Of a stretch of DNA of 32,113 nucleotides, positions 26,331 to 32,113 are shown piece after piece. The DNA is from an uncultured Gammaproteobacteria bacterium. Its GTDB lineage: Bacteria > Patescibacteriota > Patescibacteriia > UBA11705 > JABHMO01. Each line of letters begins with the position of its first letter. Position 1 is the first letter of the stretch. The position numbers were made by a program, and so were the translations under genes. Location of the stretch: assembly GCA_964486065.1 (NCBI GenBank), contig CAZAKN010000007.1, forward strand, positions 1-32,113. Reading direction: 5' to 3'. The notes beneath the pieces were generated by a model that was not told where the DNA came from, did no database searches, and saw nothing but the letters and a program-made list of their open reading frames with translations.

Positions 26331-28925
26331 TTATTCTCTGGGGTCAGCGGCGCTTTCGCATTCCGGATCATCGGGATAATCAGTAAATTCATCTCCGTCA
26401 TTATCAATGTCGTCGCTACATTCCGGCAATTCTTCAGGGTTAATTTCGTCAGGATCGTCTTCGTTAAAACAACCGGGATCATTGGGAAAATCAACTTTGC
26501 CGTCTCCATCATTATCCAAACCATCCGAACAAGCCGGTGTCGGATCACCGGGCACTCCGCATCTGGCCGCTTCGCTGGACGATAACTTATATGAACCATT
26601 CAAATCCGGACAACAGGATATTCCGGCTCCGCCGGGAAAATCATCAATATTCGAGCAATCTGAATTGGCTACCCTTTCATCCTTGCTCGGCGTAAAACAA
26701 TTTTGTCTCAAATCTTTAACCAGATGTCTGACCACCGGCGTGTAAATCGGCGCGGGATCGGTTTCATTGATATCTTCTTCATTGTCACAACCGGGATCCT
26801 CCATATCGGTCAAACCATCTCCGTCATCATCAAAATTATTGGCGCAAGCATTATCAATATCATTCATCGGTTTATATTCGGTAAAAGGACCGTGCGTGAT
26901 TACCGCTTTGGTAAAGTCACTTTGTTTCTCATACACGGGATTACCCTCTTCATCGTAAACAGAATTTCCCCCTTCGGTTTTTGGAATTGAGAATTCCCCT
27001 ACATTGGGATCCCACCAACCCCTGAAATCAGCACCGTAAATTTTTATTTCATTATCAATGGATGCCGGAGCCATGTCTTCGCTAAACTCAATTTCAATTA
27101 AAATATTGGGCGAAACTCCCGCGTTAGCGCTTCCATCATTATCCGGTGAAACTGACACAATATAAGGCGGAATCAAATCCAGTTCATCACCGGTTTTAAA
27201 ATTCCACAAATAATTATCTTGAATGTGATTATCAAAAAGAGTTTTATCTTCGTCGGATAAATTCTCTCGCAAAGGGTAAGTCGGCAAAGTCAAACCCGAA
27301 ACATCGAAATTTTTCTCTCCCGGTCCTTCCGCTTCTTCATTCGCGTTCCCGTCCAAAGAATTTCCCGCGGAATCCGTAATACCGCTACCGATCACTCCGG
27401 CGGGTCCTCCACCGAGCAATTCCGCCGCGATCACCTTTGCGGTTAAAACTGATTCACTCGGCAAACAATAAGCCGGCTCTCCACAAGAATTCCTATCCAC
27501 GCCTTCACATTTAACCGCGCTGGTAAACTGAACAGTTTTATAACCGTTTAAACCGACTTGCCAATTGCCGGGCACATGGTTGGTGTCGCAAAGCGGATCG
27601 CAAGTACAATCATCTTCTCCTTGATTGCAAATATTGCCTGCCGCATCACGGCAAACCCTGATCTTCTCGTCATTTTCCAATTGTATTTCATTATCCGCGT
27701 CGCCCGCCGTGCAAAACTGAGCTTGTCCCAGTGGCGGAATAATCGGCTCATTAAAATTGACCACCACGATTTGATTTAAATAAACTTCTCCGTTCTCATC
27801 CAACCTGCGATCCTCTTCATTGGGATAAACTTGCGCTTTCGGGATAACTGACGAAACTCGTGGAGGAGTTAAATCAATGAAAGTTCCCGTAGTAAAACGC
27901 CAATAATACTCGGAATTGGCAAAATCAAACACACTACCTGTGCCATCTTCACGCATAATCTCGGGCGTAAGATGAACAATGTAGCTGACATTTTCTTCCG
28001 CTGTACCCAAGTGTTCATCAGTATCTCCGTATGGATTGAAAATAATGGTTTTATGATCCGCGGTCATCATGGCGTATCCGGGAACCAAAGAAGCGCGTCC
28101 CATCACATCCGTCCCGCCGAACTCGGGATCGTCAATCTGCACGGAAACACATTCATCCGGTTCGTTTTCCGCCGGCCAAACACCTTCTTCGCCTTCCAAA
28201 ACCGGCATGGAATCACAACGGAAAACTTTAATGGGCATATTTTCTTCGGTTAAAATCAAACCGCCACAAGCTTTTTGCCCGGCTCCCATGCCTTCATGTG
28301 TTCCTTCGGGACAAGAATATTCCTCGCTATCGGGATCAAGAATTGAAGCGGGGTCAACCGGCATTTTAAAAGTTACCATAATCATGGTATTGCGTGGCAC
28401 GCCTCGTTGCTCGGGGTTGGGAAAATGACTTTGGATAATACTACCAAAAGCTCCGCCGGACAAATTATAACCGGGGGGCAAACCGGTAATTTCCAAACCA
28501 CCTGTCGGTTCTTGCTCAAACATGCTGAACAAAAATCTGGTTATACCGTAAGCCGATAGAATTATCGCCAACCCGATAAATCCGTTGATTAAATATTTTT
28601 TGGCTTTGCCGACTTTTTCCGGCTCACCGCCGGAGGTCATATACAAAAAACCAGCATATAATACTATCCCGAGCGCCACCACTCCCAAAATGCTGAGAAA
28701 TATATTGATGATTCGGCCGGCAATACTGCGCGGATCTTCGGAACTTAATCCGGTTTGTTCGGCCACGGGTTGCATATTGCCGGAAATTTCTCTTTGCAAT
28801 TGAGAAGTCGCTCCGGGCACTTGCGCGTCAACTCGCGGAATAAATAAAAAACCGGCCAATATTAAAATCACCAAACCAGTTAGAATTGTTGAAAAAAATG
28901 AATTTTGTTTGAACTGTCCCCTCAT
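26331..28925 (-). CDS. VirB2/TrbC-like pilin-domain surface protein with Ig-like domains and Ca-binding CxDGxDNDGDG repeats
   Basis: Signal peptide (VDA|Q); pilin domain SEDPRSIAGRIINIFLSILG...YAGFLYMTSGGEPEKVGKAKK; Ig-like DLTPPRVSSVIP / DLIPPYIVSVSP modules; three C-terminal CxxxxDxDGDxxxD...DPxC repeats. ATG at 28925 preferred over the TTG at 28943. Confidence 0.88.
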   Translation of the reverse strand: MRGQFKQNSFFSTILTGLVILILAGFLFIPRVDAQVPGATSQLQREISGNMQPVAEQTGLSSEDPRSIAGRIINIFLSILGVVALGIVLYAGFLYMTSGGEPEKVGKAKKYLINGFIGLAIILSAYGITRFLFSMFEQEPTGGLEITGLPPGYNLSGGAFGSIIQSHFPNPEQRGVPRNTMIMVTFKMPVDPASILDPDSEEYSCPEGTHEGMGAGQKACGGLILTEENMPIKVFRCDSMPVLEGEEGVWPAENEPDECVSVQIDDPEFGGTDVMGRASLVPGYAMMTADHKTIIFNPYGDTDEHLGTAEENVSYIVHLTPEIMREDGTGSVFDFANSEYYWRFTTGTFIDLTPPRVSSVIPKAQVYPNEEDRRLDENGEVYLNQIVVVNFNEPIIPPLGQAQFCTAGDADNEIQLENDEKIRVCRDAAGNICNQGEDDCTCDPLCDTNHVPGNWQVGLNGYKTVQFTSAVKCEGVDRNSCGEPAYCLPSESVLTAKVIAAELLGGGPAGVIGSGITDSAGNSLDGNANEEAEGPGEKNFDVSGLTLPTYPLRENLSDEDKTLFDNHIQDNYLWNFKTGDELDLIPPYIVSVSPDNDGSANAGVSPNILIEIEFSEDMAPASIDNEIKIYGADFRGWWDPNVGEFSIPKTEGGNSVYDEEGNPVYEKQSDFTKAVITHGPFTEYKPMNDIDNACANNFDDDGDGLTDMEDPGCDNEEDINETDPAPIYTPVVRHLVKDLRQNCFTPSKDERVANSDCSNIDDFPGGAGISCCPDLNGSYKLSSSEAARCGVPGDPTPACSDGLDNDGDGKVDFPNDPGCFNEDDPDEINPEELPECSDDIDNDGDEFTDYPDDPECESAADPRE

Positions 28926-28960
28926 TTGCCTGAAGCCGATCAAATCGGCCGTTATTTTAT

Positions 28961-29404
28961 TTAAGAAACTAATTCTTTGACGATTTTCCCCACCAAGCCT
29001 CCATCGGCTTTGCCTTTCAGTTTGGCCATCACTTGCCCCATAACCGCGCCAAAATTATTTTTTTGTTCTTCCGTCAATTCGTCAATGATTTTTTTTGCTT
29101 CTTCTCTAACCTGATCTTCGCTCATTTGTTCGGGCAAATATTTTTCCAAAATCACTAATTCCGAAGTTTCTTTTTCCGCCAAATCTTCTCTGCCACCGTC
29201 TTTGAACGCTTCAATGGAATCGCGTCTTTTTTTTGCTTCACTTTTCAATACCGCCAAAGCCTCATCCGCGGTCAGATCTTTTTTCAATTCAATTGCCTTG
29301 TTTTTTAAAGCTGTCTTGAGCATCCGTAAAACTGAAAGTTCTGTTTCGCGTTTAGCTTTCATGGCCTCCACCAAATCTTTTTCCAACTGCTTGATAATTT
29401 CCAT
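28961..29404 (-). CDS. yqeY: GatB/YqeY domain protein
   Basis: AMKAK...LRMLKTALKN, KKRRDSIEAFKDGGREDLAEKE..E...L..YLPEQMSE, GAVMG, GKADG. Follows rpsU. Confidence 0.93.
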   Translation of the reverse strand: MEIIKQLEKDLVEAMKAKRETELSVLRMLKTALKNKAIELKKDLTADEALAVLKSEAKKRRDSIEAFKDGGREDLAEKETSELVILEKYLPEQMSEDQVREEAKKIIDELTEEQKNNFGAVMGQVMAKLKGKADGGLVGKIVKELVS

Positions 29405-29458
29405 ATAAAATAATCGGACAAAAATTTTTGCCTTATATTAAGTGTTTTTCACAATTAT

Positions 29459-29467
29459 ATTATACCA
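29459..29467 (-). promoter_or_regulatory. Extended -10 (TGGTATAAT) upstream of yqeY
   Basis: Plus strand ATTATACCA, abutting the rpsU terminator. Confidence 0.5.
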
Positions 29468-29500
29468 AAAAAGAAGCGTCTTATAAAGCGCTTCTTTTTT
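29467..29500. terminator. Intrinsic terminator after rpsU
   Basis: AAAAAAGAAGCG-10 nt-CGCTTCTTTTTT, perfect 12-bp inverted repeat. Confidence 0.75.
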
Positions 29501-29515
29501 GAGCCTGTGTATATT

Positions 29516-29764
29516 TTAGAACTTTCTTCTGCGGTAATTTTGCTCTTCCGGTAATTTACCCGTCTTCTTCAAGTACTCCTTTTTTTCTTTTTTCTTTTTT
29601 CTTTCCACCGCGGAAACTTTTTGCATATTACGACTTTTCGGATTTTCATAATAGCGAACTTTTTTATATTGCAATAAAACTCCGCTTTGCATGATTTTCT
29701 TATTGAATTTTCGCAAAAAAGATTCAAAAGTTTCTCCTTTTTTCCGCTTGTTTTCTATAGGCAT
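29516..29764 (-). CDS. rpsU: 30S ribosomal protein bS21
   Basis: Basic 82-aa protein KKGETFESFLRKFNKKIMQSGVL...RYYENPKS, rpsU-yqeY synteny, AAGGAG RBS. Confidence 0.85.
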   Translation of the reverse strand: MPIENKRKKGETFESFLRKFNKKIMQSGVLLQYKKVRYYENPKSRNMQKVSAVERKKKKEKKEYLKKTGKLPEEQNYRRRKF

Positions 29765-29804
29765 AATTTTTCCACTCCTTCATGGAATTAGTTATTTGAC
29801 TGAT

Positions 29805-29833
29805 ATTTTACATAAAAACCACTTGAATGTCAA
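29805..29833 (-). promoter_or_regulatory. sigma70 promoter for rpsU
   Basis: Minus strand TTGACA - 17 nt - TAAAAT. Confidence 0.7.
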
Positions 29834-29894
29834 GCTTCGCGAACAATCAGCGCGCGAATCTCGCTTCACTTGAATCTGCTTCTTCTTAGAACGC

Positions 29895-31223
29895 TTATGA
29901 TTTTTTATCAGCCAATCTTTTTTTGATTTCTTCCAAAGTTTTATCAATATTCACCACTTCTTGATTTCCACTTTCCATGTCTCGTAACAAAACCGTGCCT
30001 TCGGTAACTTCTTTTTGCCCCAGAATCAAAATCAATTTGGAGTCCAACTTTTTAGCCACATCCAGCTGAGCTTTTAGGCTGGCCTTGGAAAAATTACCTC
30101 TGACATTAAATCCTTGTTTGCGTAATTTTTCAAAAAAAGCAAAAGCTTTTTGTCTGGCCAATTCTCCGATCTGCGTAACATAAACATCAGGACTCTGTGC
30201 CGGTGGAATTTCCACTTTTTGATTTTTCATTTCATTGATCGCTCGTTCCAAACCAAAAGCAAAACCGGCCGCGGATGTCGGTTCACCGCCCAACATTTCC
30301 ATCATGGTGTCATAGCGACCACCGCCCGCCAAGGGCAATTTTTCCTCTTCGGGATTATCATTTTGAACACGAATTTCAAAAATTGTTTTAATATAATAAT
30401 CATAAGTTCTGGTAAAACGAGGATCCAATTCATAAGCGATTTTCAATTCATCAAGATATTCCAAAACGCGAAACAAATGCTGACGACAATCATCGCACAA
30501 ATAATCCAAGATAAGCGGAGCGTCTTCAAAAACTCGCTCGCAACGATTGGTATTGCAACGCAAAACACGCATGGGATCTTTGCTGATCATTTTACGCAAA
30601 TCCGCCGGAATGGCCGAGCGTTTTGATTTTAAAAACTGTGTAAGCACATTCATGTAATTGGGACGACAAGACGGACATCCCATGCTGTTAAGTTTAACTT
30701 GAATATTTAAACCGAGATTTTTGAACAAGTAATGAGCGGTAATAACCAATTCCGCGTCAATGGCCGGTGCCGGATCACCAATAATTTCAAAACCGACTTG
30801 CGTGAATTGGCGCAATTTGTGAGGTTCAATTTTCCCTTGCCTGAAAACCGGTCCCCAGTAATATATTTTCTGTGGCATCGGCTGATTGACCATATTGTGA
30901 TCAATGAAAGCACGCGCGATGGAAGCCGTAACTTCGGGACGCATGGCCAATTTTTCACCACGATCCACAAAACTGAAAACTTCATTATCCAATTTATTAC
31001 TTTGTTTAAATAAAGTGTGATTGAAAAGTTCGTATTTTTCCAAAACCGGCGTTACCATTCTGTTGTAACTGCTATCACGGATAGTACGCAAAACTTCGGC
31101 TTCCACGAAATCCCAATATTTACCGTCAGCCGGCAAAATATCCTTCATGCCTTTGACCAAAGGCGGAGTTTTTATAACTTTGATTTCCTCTTGAGGTTGT
31201 TCATCTTTTTTTCTTCTTGGCAT
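29895..31223 (-). CDS. hisS: Histidine--tRNA ligase
   Basis: KGMKDILP, MRPEVTASIAR, GPVFR, RQFTQVGFE, DYYIKTIFE, GGGRYD, GFAFGLER, C-terminal anticodon-binding domain. Confidence 0.95.
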   Translation of the reverse strand: MPRRKKDEQPQEEIKVIKTPPLVKGMKDILPADGKYWDFVEAEVLRTIRDSSYNRMVTPVLEKYELFNHTLFKQSNKLDNEVFSFVDRGEKLAMRPEVTASIARAFIDHNMVNQPMPQKIYYWGPVFRQGKIEPHKLRQFTQVGFEIIGDPAPAIDAELVITAHYLFKNLGLNIQVKLNSMGCPSCRPNYMNVLTQFLKSKRSAIPADLRKMISKDPMRVLRCNTNRCERVFEDAPLILDYLCDDCRQHLFRVLEYLDELKIAYELDPRFTRTYDYYIKTIFEIRVQNDNPEEEKLPLAGGGRYDTMMEMLGGEPTSAAGFAFGLERAINEMKNQKVEIPPAQSPDVYVTQIGELARQKAFAFFEKLRKQGFNVRGNFSKASLKAQLDVAKKLDSKLILILGQKEVTEGTVLLRDMESGNQEVVNIDKTLEEIKKRLADKKS

Positions 31224-31244
31224 ATTTTGTTTTTATTTTAAAAA

Positions 31245-31847
31245 TTAGTTTTGCGGTAAATCATATTCCACTTCGTTGAAAAATTTGGCGCGCCAAACCG
31301 GCCACCCCCTAAACCAAACCTTCCCCACGATCAACTCATCATGAACCGGACCGAAACTCCGTGAATCCAAACTATGATTGCGATTGTCGCCCATGACATA
31401 ATATTCTTCAGGTCCCAACTCCCATGATTTATCACCCGTGTCAATCATATCCTCCACCACATAATCGGTCTCGTCCAACATAAATTTCTTTCCATCTTCG
31501 GAATACACATAAACTCTTTTATCTTTTATCTCAATTTTTTCTCCGGGCAAACCGACCACTCTTTTGATAAAATATTGCGAAGGATCTTTGGGATATTTGA
31601 AAACCACGATATCTCCCCTTTCCGGACTGGAGAAACGATAAGAAATTTCATTGATAATCAAATATTCATGGTCATAAAAACTCGGTTCCATAGACGCGCC
31701 TTTAACATAAAAAGGCTGAATTAAAAAATAGCGCACCGGAATAATGACCGCCAAAGAGATGCAAACCACTTTAAACAAATCCCAAATAAAATACAGGATT
31801 TTTTGCCAAGCGGTTTGCTCATCGGCAAATTCTTGTTTTGAATTCAT
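31245..31847 (-). CDS. lepB: Signal peptidase I
   Basis: GASMEP (catalytic Ser), RGDIVVF, FIKRVVGLPGE (catalytic Lys), MGDNRNHSLDSR. Confidence 0.96.
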   Translation of the reverse strand: MNSKQEFADEQTAWQKILYFIWDLFKVVCISLAVIIPVRYFLIQPFYVKGASMEPSFYDHEYLIINEISYRFSSPERGDIVVFKYPKDPSQYFIKRVVGLPGEKIEIKDKRVYVYSEDGKKFMLDETDYVVEDMIDTGDKSWELGPEEYYVMGDNRNHSLDSRSFGPVHDELIVGKVWFRGWPVWRAKFFNEVEYDLPQN

Positions 31848-31874
31848 AATAAATATTTATTTTTAACGCTTTTC

Positions 31875-31903
31875 ATTATATCAAGCGGACAACTTTGCTT
31901 CAA
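31875..31903 (-). promoter_or_regulatory. Putative sigma70 promoter for lepB-hisS
   Basis: Minus strand TTGAAG - 17 nt - TATAAT with an extended TG motif. Confidence 0.55.
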
Positions 31904-32113
31904 CGCTGATTAATATGTAAATTTAAACAAAGCCTTCGGACTGTTAATAAATATTTTGTCACGAATGCAGATTGCCGATTATTTGTCAAACGGTTTTATT
32001 CGGTCATTTTTTTATAAGATATTCAATCTTTGATTTTGTTTTTTGCAATTTATTGTTACAATTGCAGCAATTAGGGTTACCTTTTGGAGTAAAAGAAGAG
32101 GTATTATGTAAGA

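Noticed and set aside
31245-31847. lepB as a dedicated TraF-like pilin maturase/cyclase for the nearby VirB2-like proteins
   Set aside because: It has all canonical signal peptidase I boxes and is separated from the cassette by hisS, rpsU, a terminator and yqeY. A housekeeping role is sufficient.

Overview
A 32-kb stretch of a bacterial chromosome with essentially all real genes on the minus strand. The gene content (VirB2/TrbC-like pilin-domain proteins, A-rich leaders, lepB-hisS-rpsU-yqeY and ybeY-dgkA-ftsA-ftsZ clusters, standard genetic code with prfB) suggests a Patescibacteria/CPR organism; this is inference. Housekeeping genes: CapA-family metallophosphoesterase, prfB, HtrA protease, nrdG, nrdD, two HAD-family genes, ftsZ, ftsA, dgkA, ybeY, yqeY, rpsU, hisS, lepB. 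Two regions stand out. (1) A split class III ribonucleotide reductase: the 690-aa NrdD stops right after its zinc-binding motif. The missing glycyl-radical domain (YSRVVGYL) is encoded by a separate 48-codon ORF absent from the supplied track (4985..5131). The two are separated by 13 tandem 19-bp repeats whose variants preserve a G-U-rich hairpin on the mRNA strand. (2) A ~15.7-kb four-gene surface-structure cassette between yqeY and ybeY: a 3752-aa and a ~864-aa protein, both starting with a signal peptide plus a VirB2/TrbC-like pilin domain, followed by two membrane-anchored Ca-binding-repeat proteins. The giant protein also carries an internal type IV pilin/GspG-like domain and a C-terminal vWA domain. 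Domain calls come from motif recognition by eye, not database searches.
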